DNA from: Octopus vulgaris
Taxonomy: Eukaryota
Reading direction: 5' to 3'
Assembly (NCBI GenBank): GCA_951406725.2
Contig: OX597829.1
Span: 34,782,001-34,846,000 of the forward strand
DNA length: 64,000 nucleotides
Shown here: positions 1 through 12,241 of the stretch, piece by piece
Numbering within the stretch: the first letter of the stretch is position 1
Layout of the letters: each line of letters starts with the position of its first letter
Program-made: the position numbers and the translations under genes
The notes under the pieces: generated by a model
Seen by the model: only the letters and a program-made list of their open reading frames with translations
The model's database searches: none
Told to the model about the DNA's origin: nothing

Positions 1-365
1 CACCATCCAATCGTGGCCGTTCGCCAGCCTCATCTGGCACCTGTGTCGGTGGCACATAAAAACACCATCCGAGCATGGCCGTCTGCCAGCCTCGTCTGGC
101 ACCTGTGTCGGTGGCACATAAAAAACACCATCCGAGCATGGCCGTTCGCCAGCCTCGTCTGGCACCTGTGTCGGTGGCACACAAAATCACTCACTACACT
201 CTCGGAGTGGTTGGCGTTAGGAAGGGCATCCAGCTGTAGAAACACTGCCAGATCTGACTGGCCTGGTGCAGCCTTCGGGCTCCCCAGACCCCAGTTGAAC
301 CGTCCAACCCATGCTAGCATGGAAAGCGGACGTTAAATGATGATGATGATGATGATGATGATGAT
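1..365 (+). mobile_element. 3' end of RTE-type LINE (63-bp tandem units, conserved tail, (GAT)n); runs off the window start
   Basis: GGTTGGCGTTAGGAAGGGCATCCAGCTGTAGAAAC...CCATGCTAGCATGG...GTTAAA(TGA)n, same as the tail of the RTE element at 35760-35958. Confidence 0.85.
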
Positions 366-378
366 ATATATATATATA

Positions 379-1647
379 CGAGGGGCGTTTAATAAGTAAT
401 GCCTCTGACCCACTTGCAGTTGTTTGATATAGCTGAAATTTTGCATGTGCAATTACCTATATCCCTATAGATTAAGTGGAAAATTACAGCTCTGAACTAA
501 TTGTGGTTTCTGATTTACAGGTGTTTGAACTGAGTCAAGTGTGAAACGGAGCCTGTTGAGTGTCGAGCAGTGATGTGGTTTTTGTATTTGAAAGGACGCA
601 CACCACGGGAGACTTTTGATGAAATAAAAGTAACTTATGGTGATGATGCCCATCATATGACCTTGTAAAATCTCTACATCGTGAATTCAAACATGGTCGG
701 AACTTTGTGGAAACAGCTCCCAGATCTGGTCGCCCCCTTCTGCCATTGATGAAGCATCTGTCCGTCAAGTTGAGGCTGCCATTTTGGAAGATCGACACAT
801 AACTATTCGCCAAATAGTCCATGAGGTCAAGATTAGTACCGGGTCTGTGGAAACTATCATTCATATGCAAAAGGTGTCTGCCAGATGGATTCCCAGGCTG
901 CTCACACCTTTCCAGAAGCAAGAACGCGTCGATAGCGCGAGGATGAATTTGAAGATGTGCCAAGAAGATGAGTCAAAATTTTTCAAAAGACTGATTACAC
1001 AGGATGAAACCTGGGTCCATCACTATGATCCAGAGACCAAAGCCCAGTCAATGCAGTGGAAGCACCGTGACTCACCTCCTCCAAAGAAGGCAAGGGTGCA
1101 GCCCTCCGCTGGCAAGGTCATGCTCACAGTCTTCTGGGACCAGGACTGAGTAGTGATGACAGATTTCTTGGCAAAGGGTGCCACAATTACAGGAGTCTAT
1201 TATGCTTCACTTTTGAGGAAATTAAGAGAAGCTATCAAAATCAAGAGGCGGGGCAAGATCAGCAAAGGCATCCTCCTCCTGCAGGACAACACTCCGATCC
1301 ACAACTCGCGTGTCGCCAGATCAGAAGCACAGGCGTGCGGCTATGAACTCATCTCCCATCTCCTGACCTGCACCCTCTGATTTTCACCTCTTCCCAGCCA
1401 TGAAGTTGTTTTTGAAAGGAAAGTGTTTCCCAGATGATGCAGCCTTGATTTCTGAAGTCACGTCGTGGTTGGAGGACCAAGTTGGGGTCTTCTACAAAAA
1501 CGGTATTCAAAGCTGCATCAAATAATGGGAGAAATGCGTTACATCTGGGTGGTTCCTATGTAGAAAAAGACTAATAACTGTTCCAAGTTTCGTTGCTCTA
1601 CTGCTATGGGAAGTAGGTCAGGGGCATTACTTATTGAACACCCCTCG
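379..1647 (+). mobile_element. Mariner transposon, full span, defective transposase (irritans-like TIR)
   Basis: TA flanks at 377-378 and 1648-1649; 32-bp TIRs CGAGGGGCGTTTAATAAGTAATGCCTCTGACC / CGAGGGGTGTTCAATAAGTAATGCCCCTGACC; motifs WIPRLL, ITQDETWVHHYDPE, LLQDN; stop at 1147-1149 and damaged YSPDLAP region. Confidence 0.93.
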
Positions 1648-1680
1648 TATATGCATATATATATATGCATACACACATAT

Positions 1681-2915
1681 ATTGGGTTGAGTAATAAAAA
1701 AAATTTGATTTTGTTAAATACCTTCACTCATGAAAAAATTTTACAAAGAATTATTTTCTATTATCAGTATAGTTGCCATTATTTTGAATGACTTCTTGCC
1801 ATTTATCAGGTAACTTTTTGATTCCTCTTGAGTAAAATTCAGTTGGCCTTGACATGAAAAAAGCTTTCCACATACATTTTCACCTGATTGTTTTTGAGAA
1901 AATTTTTTCCCATCAGAGCATTTTGTAGAGAGTGAAGATGAAAATCAGTTGGTGGAAAGTCCAGTGAATATCATGAATGGAGTAGAACACACTAGCCCAT
2001 ATCCAATATTTTATCCTGCATGATCCTTGCTGAATGTGGTCTTGTGCCATCATGGAGAAGCACAATGTTTCTCCTACTGACAAGTGCAGAGCATTTTCTT
2101 AAACGATATTCATGCACATGTTGCAGCTGTTGAGAGTATATGTCAGCTTTAGTATTTGATTGCAGTTTTAAAAACTCAAAATGAATAATACTGCGGTGAT
2201 TCCACCATACACACAGCATAACCTTCCTTTCATAGAGCTCAGCCTTGTCACTCCGCTGCCTTTTGCATTGATCTTTGTCATAAAAGACCCATTTTCCATC
2301 ACCTGTAATGATATTATTTAGAAACGGGTCATTTTTTCTACCTTGAAAGAAGACTTTTCCCTATGGATATGCGATCTTCCCTATTCTTCTCACTAAGAGT
2401 ATGGGGAGCCCAAACTTGCTGACTTTTCCTATCTTTTAAAAGTGGTGGCAGATGGTGGATGGGATGTGTTGAGGTCAACTGCTAATTTCCAAGTTCTTTT
2501 ACAAGGATTGAATTCCACTAATTCTCTTAAAGCACCATGATTGAAATCTGATGAGCATCCTGGTGCAAAGTCTGATGAGCATCATCTCTCAATAACAAAT
2601 CTCTGGAATGAAACTTTGAAAACCAATTTTGCATTTGCTGGTCAGTAAAGACACCTTGGCAATAAACACTGCATATTTTCTTTGCTGTTTCTGTGGCATT
2701 TTATCCATTCTTAAACTCTCACAACACCACATGTTAAATATGCACTGCCAGTTCATCCATTCCAGGGCAGTGAAATTTAATATTAAGCTATAATGCGCAC
2801 ACTTTCACTGCTTAAATATGAATGACAGATGAGGGTATTTTAAAAATGGTAGCTTCCATTTCAATTTTAAACATTTGAAGTTCAAAAAGTGTCATTACAA
2901 TTTATTTCCCCAAAA
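1681..2915 (-). mobile_element. Degraded mariner transposon
   Basis: ORF 1992-2219 MLCVWWN..IIHFEFL..LLHDGTRPHSA; ITGDGKWVFY remnant near 2280-2310; boundaries approximate. Confidence 0.8.
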
Positions 2916-2937
2916 TGGATATTATTAATGATTCAAA

Positions 2938-2967
<30 letters not shown>

Positions 2968-2968
<1 letters not shown>

Positions 2969-3222
2969 CATCATCATCATCATCGTTTAGCGTCCGCTTT
3001 CCATGCTGGCATGGGTTGGACGGTGCAACTGGGGTCTGGGAAGCCAGAAGGCTGCACTAGGCCCAGTCTGATCTGGCAATGTTTCTACGGCTGGATGCCC
3101 TTCCTAACACCAACCATTCCATGAGTGTAGTGGGTGCTTTTTATGTGCCACTGGCACAGGTGCCAGACGAGGCTGGCAAATGGTCATGATCGGATGGTAC
3201 TTTTTACGTGCCAATGGCACGG
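2968..3222 (-). mobile_element. RTE LINE 3' end fragment
   Basis: (CAT)n-CGTTTA start and reverse complement of the conserved RTE tail. Confidence 0.85.
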
Positions 3223-3284
<62 letters not shown>

Positions 3285-3286
<2 letters not shown>

Positions 3287-3496
3287 TTACTACCCACAAG
3301 GGGCTAAACACAGAGGGGACAAACAAGGACAGACAAAGGGATTAAGTCGACTACATCGACCCCAGTGCGAACTGGTACTTAATTTATCGACCCGAAAGGA
3401 TGAAAGGCAAAGTCGACCTCGGCGGAATTTGAACTCGGAACGTAACGACAGACGAAATACGACTACGAATTTCGCCCGGCGTGCTAACGTTTCTAC
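3285..3496 (-). mobile_element. tRNA-derived SINE, family B
   Basis: Reverse complement of GTTCAAATTCCGCCGAGGTCGACTTTGCCTTTCATCCTTTCGGG..GATAAATTAAGTACCAG; matches copies at 14548, 50250, 53267. Confidence 0.85.
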
Positions 3497-3589
3497 CAAA
3501 ATGGTAAGACAACAAAAGAAAAAAAGAGACCTTGATATTATGTAAATAGAGGATTTTATCTGTAAATGTAATATGTGACAATTATTCGG

Positions 3590-3663
3590 TAGCCATGATA
3601 AAACTCCGAGTTTCGGATGCCGAAGTGGAAATCCACACCGACATCTCTTCAGTTATCTGGCCA
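3590..3663 (-). ncRNA. Type I hammerhead ribozyme (probably Penelope/retrozyme-derived)
   Basis: - strand UGGCCAGAUAA CUGAAGA [stem II] GAAA CUCGGAG UU UUAUCAUGGCUA: intact CUGANGA and GAAA boxes, GUU cleavage triplet, stems I and II pair by eye. Confidence 0.75.
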
Positions 3664-3694
3664 TCAGAAAAAAAAAAAATATATATATATATAT

Positions 3695-3845
3695 ATGACA
3701 GGCTTCTTTTTAGTTTCCATCTAGCAAATCCAGTTACAAGGCTTTGGTCAGCCCGAGGCTCTGGTAGAAGACACTTGCCCAAGGTGCCATGCAGTGGGAC
3801 TGAACCAGGAATCATGTGGTTGGAAAGCAATCTTCTTACCACATA
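3695..3845 (-). mobile_element. tRNA-derived SINE family A, 5' portion
   Basis: Reverse complement of GGTTCAGTCCCACTGCATGGCACCTTGGGCAAGTGTCTTCTA, as at 28724. Confidence 0.8.
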
Positions 3846-5107
3846 ATTAACAGTTTGACTCAGCTCCATGCAACTTAAAGTTTCATAGGCTTGTACAATG
3901 AACCTAACTCATCTGGCATTTGGAGATCAAGTAACAGGAAATGACACAAATTTCAAGATGGCTTCTATATGTTAGGACTTTAGTGTTCAACTCAGATTAT
4001 GTGGTATTATTGGCTTGTTGGCAGTGACATCAGATCATATCTTTGTTCTTAGATTGACTTGGTCAGACAGGACGTTGGTAACAGCTGTTGCTGTTATGTC
4101 TGGAGGTTGTGGTATTGTTGATCTAGCAACATCTTGGTTGTGCTAGGTTGGACTGAAATCTGTTTGATCAGCAGAGGTTAAAGTGACATGCTCTTGTGTA
4201 TGGAATATGTAAGTCTAAGGTGATATTTCTTGATTGTCAGGTCACAACGGTTTGAAGTTCATTAATAGTACTTACCTCTGGTGACAACAATAAAACAGTA
4301 CTTCCTGTTGATAGATACTGCAAGTTAGTGGAATATGAGTAATCTTTCACAGAGACAGAGTTCACAATTGCAAGCTCCAGGTGAATATGAAGGGACCCTT
4401 TTTATTTGATGTTGGGGACATTGTTCCAATGATCATGAAGTCTCCAGATAAAATGGAACAAGGAGGTGGAGTTTTCCCTATCCCTGTACCTGAAAGAATG
4501 CCTGTGCTATGTATACACCCTCTTGAAGTTATTGGATATCATGTCTTATAATGCCATCAGATGGTGTGAGCTCTACAAACCTCGGCCCTTAAGAAGTGGG
4601 ATTTTCCCAGTAAGCAGTTGGTAGGATTTTAGCAATAGCAAAGTGGGGTGTTTATTGCGAGTTGTGTAGTTGTGTGTCTGCATCTATTGTAGCATTCACT
4701 GTTGGAAGCAATGTTGTCTAACAGGTGTAACTGAACTTGACAGTGTAGCAGTTGAAATATTCATAATACTTATGGGTTCTGCATATGTATGTATGTATGT
4801 GTGTGTGTCGTATGTATGTATGCATGCGTATGTGTATGTATGTATGTACGTACGTATGTTTGTATGTATGCATATATGTACAGGATGAGTCCTGTTTTAG
4901 GGTTGATATATATGACTTCCAGACAGGGAGACACTTTTGACCCCTAATTCTTGTTTTGCAGGTTAGGATATCAAAGAGTATAAACAACATGATAGATGAT
5001 CCAGATTTAGTAATGTTTAAACCTGTCAGTAATAACCTGCAAAGCAACAAAGAAATGTATGACTTCACAGAAACTGGGTGCTACTTTCGACATACTGTGT
5101 GTGTGTT

Positions 5108-5498
5108 TATATAATCTGTATTAAATTATGAGAAGAAAATGGAGAGTTAGTGGTGAATATTTATATATTAATAAATTGACAACCATTTCTTCCTACAGCT
5201 GTTTCCATTTATACTCATTGGATAAATTACAAATTTATGCATCAAATTTGCATTTATAAGTTATAAAGTCTGCTGGAATGAACAGAAAAGTCAACATGTA
5301 ATTTTTTAATGTCCAACTTTACCCTCATGATATTTTGCTCATGACTTAAAAATGCAAATTTAATACATAAATTTGTAATTTTATCAAATGAGTATAAATG
5401 GACACAGCTGTAGGAAGAAATGATTATCAATTCATTAATAAATAAATATTAACCACTAATCTGCATTTTTTTTCTCTTAATTTAATACGGATTATATA
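5108..5498. repeat. Long inverted repeat (about 155-bp arms, about 75-bp spacer), probably Penelope-type terminal repeats
   Basis: 5108-5265 is a diverged reverse complement of 5341-5498, e.g. CATTTCTTCCTACAGCTGTTTCCATTTATACTCATT vs AATGAGTATAAATGGACACAGCTGTAGGAAGAAATG. Confidence 0.85.
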
Positions 5499-6169
5499 CT
5501 TAATACATACCTATTGATTTTAGGAAATTTTATTTCCCAAAGATATATGGTATAGAACCGGTGTTTTTCTTGGCTGTAATTATCCCATTAAAAGTTTAAT
5601 ATCATATAATTAACTGATGCACACACATGTTTTCTTGCATAAAATCTGCGACTGAAATAGTTAACAGACGCATTGCCTTTGCTTTGCACAGGATATGTAA
5701 GAGAATAGTATACGTGTCGTGAATTATGTAATTATAATCCATTGATGGATGTATCGATGTCTCTCGTCAGACACCTATTATCTGACGACGAGAAAACAAA
5801 AATACACAGACATAGTATCGCAGAAATTCCAGAGAAAAAAAATTCAAAAGAAAACTCCAGATATTTTGTTTGTTAAATTTTTTAAAGGATATATTGAATA
5901 AAACAATTTTTTTATACATGTATGATGCCATAATAGAAACCGTCATTGTCTACAGGTTATGTAACGTCAATTCATAAACGGATTAAAATAGTTTATAACT
6001 ATCACTTTCGGTATTTAAAAAAATGTGTGACATTTTAACCTGTGATTTTCTCTTACATTCCAACACACACCTTCGATGTTAAGTTCAGCAATTTCTTGCT
6101 GTATAACATGCACAGCTGATTTGTTCATAGTGATCAAATGCTTGTAATGTACATTCGCTTACTTTTACC

Positions 6170-6340
6170 ACCGGAAAGACATTTTTCAGTACAGGTGCAC
6201 GGTGTGCCACATTATCAGAATGATCGCAGAGCAACGCGAGATGAAGTATTCTGTTCAAGAACACAACGCATCGCATGGTGCAGAAATCGAAACCACGATC
6301 CTGAGCCCAACGCCCCTAAACACTACGATACACGTCTTCT
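6170..6340 (-). mobile_element. SINE-like remnant, related to the + copy at 36555-36840
   Basis: GATCGCAGAGCAAC and TCAAGAACACA shared in reverse with GTTGCTCTGCGATC and TGTGTTCTTGA. Confidence 0.5.
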
Positions 6341-6589
6341 GTCTCTCTCTCTCTCACATACACAGACTATGTTAGTAGTTATCCTACATATAAGTACAAA
6401 GTACAGGAAAAAGTTAACAAAGCCGCTTCTTATCGCTCGACAGGCAAGAAATAGCTTGCAAATCTTTTCCTCTCTCTCAAATTATATCTTATGTTAAATA
6501 CGGATGGACTCAATAAAAAACAGAAAACTTTGGCAGGTACGAAATATCATTTTAATCATTACATCTATCGGATTAAGATATAAAAATCG

Positions 6590-6788
6590 GTTCTTCCATA
6601 GATTCGAACAGGAAGCAGTTTTTTTTTTTTACACGAACGCATGCGCACTACAGCGCCAAAGAGGAACTGAGGCTATAGAGAAAGCGGAAATCATCTGTCT
6701 GTGCGTCTGTACGTGAGCAAGGAGTTTGTAGAACTGTCTATGTGGACACGGTGTGGGAGTAGCTGGAGGTGTGTCAACACACCACTGG
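6590..6788 (+). promoter_or_regulatory. Putative ACBD3 promoter and non-coding first exon
   Basis: Locally CpG-rich; NRF1-like CGCATGCGCA at 6638-6647, ETS-like CAGGAAG and GCGGAAA; donor-like GG|GTGAGC at 6788/6789; next acceptor TTTTTTCAG at 18540 precedes the ATG exon. Confidence 0.5.
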
Positions 6789-6898
6789 GTGAGCAACTTC
6801 ATTTCTACTTATGCATACACACTACCATTATATATATATATATACATATACATAGCATTATACATATATATATATATTCAGTTTATAATATATATATA

Positions 6899-6969
<71 letters not shown>

Positions 6970-7250
6970 ATATATATATATAAAATGTATATTTGGATTA
7001 CGCCTGTATTATATAAACAGCTATATATATATATATAAATTTAGTGTTTAAGTTACCTTGTTCACTTAAATTTTCTCTGCGTGTAAATGTATATAGTACA
7101 TAAAAACATATATACACACATGAATATATATATACATGTATTTATATATAATTCGTATATGTATACACACACACACATATATACACACTTATATATATAT
7201 ATACACACACATATACGTACACATATATATATACATATATTTACACATAT

Positions 7251-7287
<37 letters not shown>

Positions 7288-7469
7288 CACACATACACAC
7301 ACTCATACCTATATAACACGTACACATAATATGGATATAAAATACATATACATAGAAACCATTTTATACGAAGTATATATTTATATATATTCATTTACAC
7401 GTTCATACATATGTTCGTTTTTGGCAGCTAAATATACTGGTTTATAGTAAAGAAATATATATAATGGAT

Positions 7470-8900
7470 AGGAATATATCAAGAAGGCATATAATTGATT
7501 CAGACAATTAGTGCTCAAAACGACACAGGTTAGTCATATGAGGTGGGACAGTGTTCACGAACTTTTTAGGCGGACCTACCCGACTAATTTTGGTTCATGT
7601 TGTTAATATTCAGTTTGAACATCCGGAGGAGAACTAATTGTACGTTGTGATAAAATACCATCAAAGGGTTTCTGTTCTGGAATGGACTGAAAGAAGTGTT
7701 TAGTGAAAGTACAGTGACGAATGGGACGAATAAGCCCGTATGCTAGTAAAGATAGCTCATTCAGAGAAGCCGGAGCCATTATTGCTATTTAGAAATGTCA
7801 CAGCGAAGAAAATGTGTGTTTGTGAGCAAGTCGTTGACAGCCTGTTGGTTGTAGCCTAGGATGTTATGTGTGACGCAGTGGCACCATACCAAGTTACTCT
7901 GTTGAGGGTCTTTTTTGAGCTTTAGAGATGAATAACAAATGTTATTGGCCCTAAGGGCTGAGAGTTACCGCAAGAAATAATCAGCGATTGGGAGGTAACT
8001 GAATGTTGCTCAAGACTGGAGAGTGATACTGTATTTCTTGATCGGTATAGTAATTAAGCCTGTGCTGTTGTAAGACGAATTTGTCGTGTTTTTTGTTGAA
8101 GGTTGCTTTCAAGGTTTCTGTTCACAAAATTAATATTTAGGTTCGCATGTAGAAGATCAAAGAAGTGTGGAGCATACCATATTCATAAGAATCTGTTAGA
8201 GGTGACAGCAAATCAATCATTATTATATGGGAGACATTACTGAACATTGAGGAACACTTGAGTTAATACGATATGGATCTGAGAGAGAGAGACTTGTCAA
8301 CAAGTTTAGCAATGTCGTATTTTGACCGGAGCTTTCAGTTTTGGACATGAAATACAAATATAGACCATACATAGATTGGCAGCTAGATAACATAGCTAGG
8401 AGGTTCTTGTGCCAGGCGTGGTTGAAGGCTTTGAAAGGTGAAGTGAAACTGCTGATGTAGGAGAGGAGTTCTCTATGTTATATTTGACTTTATGAGTACT
8501 GGTGTGGAGGTAGAGACAGATTGGAATTCGTTGTTGACAACTGTGGTGTTTGAAGTAGATTCTTGGGTTTGAGAAGTTGACTTTTGGAAGATGAAATACA
8601 ATGGATCATGTTGCTAAGGATTTGGAATAAACTCTTGAAGAGTTTGACTAGAGTAACAGCAAAATAAGCCTTAGAAGGGGCTTATATTTGGGATTGATCA
8701 TCTTGTTGAATTGGAATAATTGGAGGAATTTGTGGACTGGCATTGTGATGTTGAAACAGAAGGTATTGAAATGAGATTGAGATGAGTAATTTTGGAATGG
8801 GAAGCAAAGTAAAATATTTTTTCGGCAGAGGTGCTGCAAACAAAGTCATCTATGGTGAGGAGCTGAGGTGCAGCTAACAAAGTCATCTATGGTGAGGATT
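7470..8900 (-). mobile_element. Highly degraded retroelement remnants (Penelope-like and CR1/Jockey-like RT)
   Basis: - strand GRSA*KVREH..D*PVS resembles Penelope GIY-YIG; frameshifted AVSLHLS/KAFNHAWHKNLL resembles LINE RT ALDISKAFDRVWH. Confidence 0.5.
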
Positions 8901-9177
8901 CCTTGGCAAGGAATCAGAATGTCCTACTGCATGTTGGGAAGTGAAAATCTTGTCAGCTGTGTAATGAACAAAGGCATCTTTTGCTTCAGTAATTGTTTTC
9001 TTGTAATGTTGCAGTGCTGTGTAAAAACCCTTACTGTTGATTGTTGTCGTTTAGCCACTGGTCAGCTGTGGCTGAGTAAACTACATTTAAAGAAAGGCAT
9101 TCCAGTCATGACAGTCACAATTACATTATTCAATATAGCCTTTGCATTTTAAGATAACTTGAGGGATATTTTTAAAT

Positions 9178-9586
9178 AGGCACCCATGCCAACCCCCTTT
9201 GCTTGCGAAGACATGTTGGGGCAAGCGAAATCAAAATTGAATTGAACCAGCCAGGATCCCTGGTCTGGTGGTACGTAAAAAGCACTATCCGACTCGTGGC
9301 CGATGCCAGCGCCACCTCGACTGGCTTCCGTGCTGGTGGCACATAAAATACACCAATCCGACCGTGGCCGTTGCCAGCCTCGCCTGGCACCTGTGCAGGT
9401 GGCACGTAAAAAGCACCCACTACACTCACGGAGTGGTTGGCGTTAGGAAGGGCATCCAGCCGTAGAAACACTGCCAGATCAGACTGGAGCCTGGTGCAGC
9501 CTTCTGGCTTCCCAGATCCCCGGTCGAACTGTCCAACCCATGCTAGCATGGAGAACGGACGTTAAACGATGATGATGATGATGATG
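9178..9586 (+). mobile_element. 5'-truncated RTE LINE 3' UTR (same subfamily as the 33155 element)
   Basis: Closely matches 35558-35958, including one 193-bp unit and (GAT)n tail. Confidence 0.9.
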
Positions 9587-10089
9587 AAGTAGCTTTACAC
9601 TAGGTGATGAAAAGTTAAAATATGAAAAAAAGGGGCGCAGAAAAGGTTTCTTGGTGTACAGGAGCTACATGGCTACTTGCATTATACAATAGTGAGTAGA
9701 AGTAGTCAGAATGGAGCTGGAAAGAGATAAAAATGGTAACACGGTGTCAAGGAGGACCTCAAGGTGCAAGAAGGTGAATAAAAGTAAGTGGAGACAGAAG
9801 AACAGGAAGGGTTCTAAGAGTGTGATGGATAGTTAGAGATGTGGTAGGAAGCTATTTGAGTGGGGGGAAAAAACTGATAAAATAGTTCTTCACTTATTTA
9901 ATTCCAGCAGTAGAATACTGTATTTAGGCAAGTGATAGAGAGATGAGTAATAGTTGTGTATAGAGTCATTGATTCCAAAACCTGTTTCTCCAAGATGGGT
10001 TGATCTTCTCTAGCACCACAGATTGCGAGTTATCTCCTCTATGTGATTCAGAATCCTGCAATCAGTTTTTACTGTTTTGTCCCTTGTTT

Positions 10090-11300
10090 TCTCAGATCTC
10101 CCTCTTCCACACACTTCATCCATATTGACACTTCTTCATACAGTAGTCCTCATCCATGTGCATCTCATGTCTGTACCTATGCAGTCTTCTTTCTTTCACA
10201 CTATATCTGATTCCTCTGATGCTTAATATTTCTCTCAATACATTTGTACAATTTTGTTCATGCGCATCCAATGGGAGCATACTAGTTTCATTTCTTTCTA
10301 GTTTTCTGAGAGAGGGACCTTTTGTTACTAACAGAGGTAGTAGCTTTTTGAACTTCTTGAACCTGTTTTTTATTCTAGAAACCATACTTTCAGATCATCC
10401 TCTGCCACTGCTAATTGGGTTACACGAGCAACAGAAACTTTCTACCACTTCTAGGTATCTTCTTGCAAATATGAGAAAGTCTGTTTCCTCATGAACTCTT
10501 AAAACTTTGGTCTTAGCTAAGTTAACTTTGAAGCCTTTTGATTCTAGGTTTTGCTTCCACATGTGGAATTTCTTCTCTACTTCAACAACAGTTTCAGCTG
10601 TAATAATGAGATCGGTAGAAAGGAGTCCCTATTGGCAACTTGTCTTAACCCTTTTGTTATGTATTTATTTTAAGATGCTGTTTCTTTCACTTTAAATATA
10701 ACAAAGAATTTAGTAAAATAACTTAATTATCATTCAGCTAGTGTTAGGAGCATAAATTGTGACTAAGGTTTGGTGGAATCCTACTCCATCTGATATTTTA
10801 AACAACTCAGCAGTAATTCCTGATGGGCCACAGGCTTTCCCTGTTTTCATATCCTTAATTACTGATGTTAACTAATCCTTCTGTTGGTCCTTGCTGGAAA
10901 AACTTTCACCCACCCGCATTTAATAACCTTTCATTGTAGTACTTCCATGCCTTTTTCTTTTCAGAATCACTAAGTGCAAGTGTATCATTGCCCATTCATA
11001 TATACTTCTCTCCATAACATCACACTGCCTTGTGATATAGCACACTTCATTCCTCTGGTCTTCATGCTGTAGAATAATGGCAAAACTCTATCTTTCTGAT
11101 TTCTCTCCTGGCTAAATAAACCTGTCACCTATCTTCTCTTTTAGCTACCTGATATAATTCTCTGCTACTCCATTTTATTCCAGTCTTTCTAGCCTCTGTC
11201 TGCCTTTTATGGCTCTTTTACCTCATTGTACTAATTCTACTTCACCCTTCATCTGTCTGGAACTTTACATCAACCACAGAATTGGTTTGTAACCCTCAGT
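10090..11300 (-). mobile_element. Degraded RTE LINE ORF fragments, interrupted by a MITE-like insert at about 10645-10780
   Basis: RIKNRFKKFKKLLPLLVTKG..LERNETSML..VKERRLH parallels the RT C-terminus at 34580-34920; KTGKACGPSGITAE near 10810-10850. Confidence 0.8.
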
Positions 11301-11439
11301 AGGTTGTCCTCAGTAGGCAAGCCTTAGTTTTTTATCTCATTATGAAAAAAAAAAATCTCTATATATATATATGTAATATATGTTGATATATATATATATA
11401 CCTGCCTTCGTCTCTTGTCTATTTTCATAAAGCTTCCCG

Positions 11440-11488
<49 letters not shown>

Positions 11489-12241
11489 ATCAATTCAAAT
11501 AAATGAACAATAATATTAACAGTAATAGACAACAAGAGAATGTGCACAAGGAATGTATTAGTTTGATGTTCAGTAAAAAGAGAGAGCTTTTGATGTTTCA
11601 AGCAAAACTCTTCATCGGAAAGGGGAAATGGAAAAGTCCAAAGAAGGAAAAGAAATTGCCAACAGCATGTGTGTAGTTACATTGCATCACTAATAATTAA
11701 TATATATTAATTATTAGTGGCAGAAGCATTATCTAAAAGGCAATCTTTAAATCCAACTTAATGCAGATGTCATGTTAGAACAGCAAGTGCTGTATTATTA
11801 GCCTTGAGAAATCTTCTCATATAGGCACTTGGTGTCATGGGTGCCTGAACCCCATACCGTAATTTCATTCTCTCACTGCTAATAATGCATAATTTGGTGT
11901 TCTAACATGACATCCACCTTAAGTTGAATATGAAGATTACCTTTTGGTAATAATATTGCTTTCATAATTAATTTTTAATAAGCCTGCTGGCTATTTACAT
12001 CAATATCTGAAAAGATGCTCATATTCTATATAGCATAGCACTGAGATTTGACCTGCATGCAGTGACTGGACACTTCCCTCTGATGATTTTCAATCGAATG
12101 AAATCACATGATGTGGGAGTTCTGGCACCTATGACGTGATTCTTGTCTGCTATAAGATCATCATCATTTGTCGCTGAGGTAATCTGTAAAAAGGTTTCAT
12201 AAAACTGGTTCTTCTCTTCATTTGCCAATCCTGATTGAGGG

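Noticed and set aside
5762-5793. Hairpin TCTCGTCAGA..TCTGACGACGAGA
   Set aside because: Real small palindrome containing CTGACGA, but no ribozyme fold or other support
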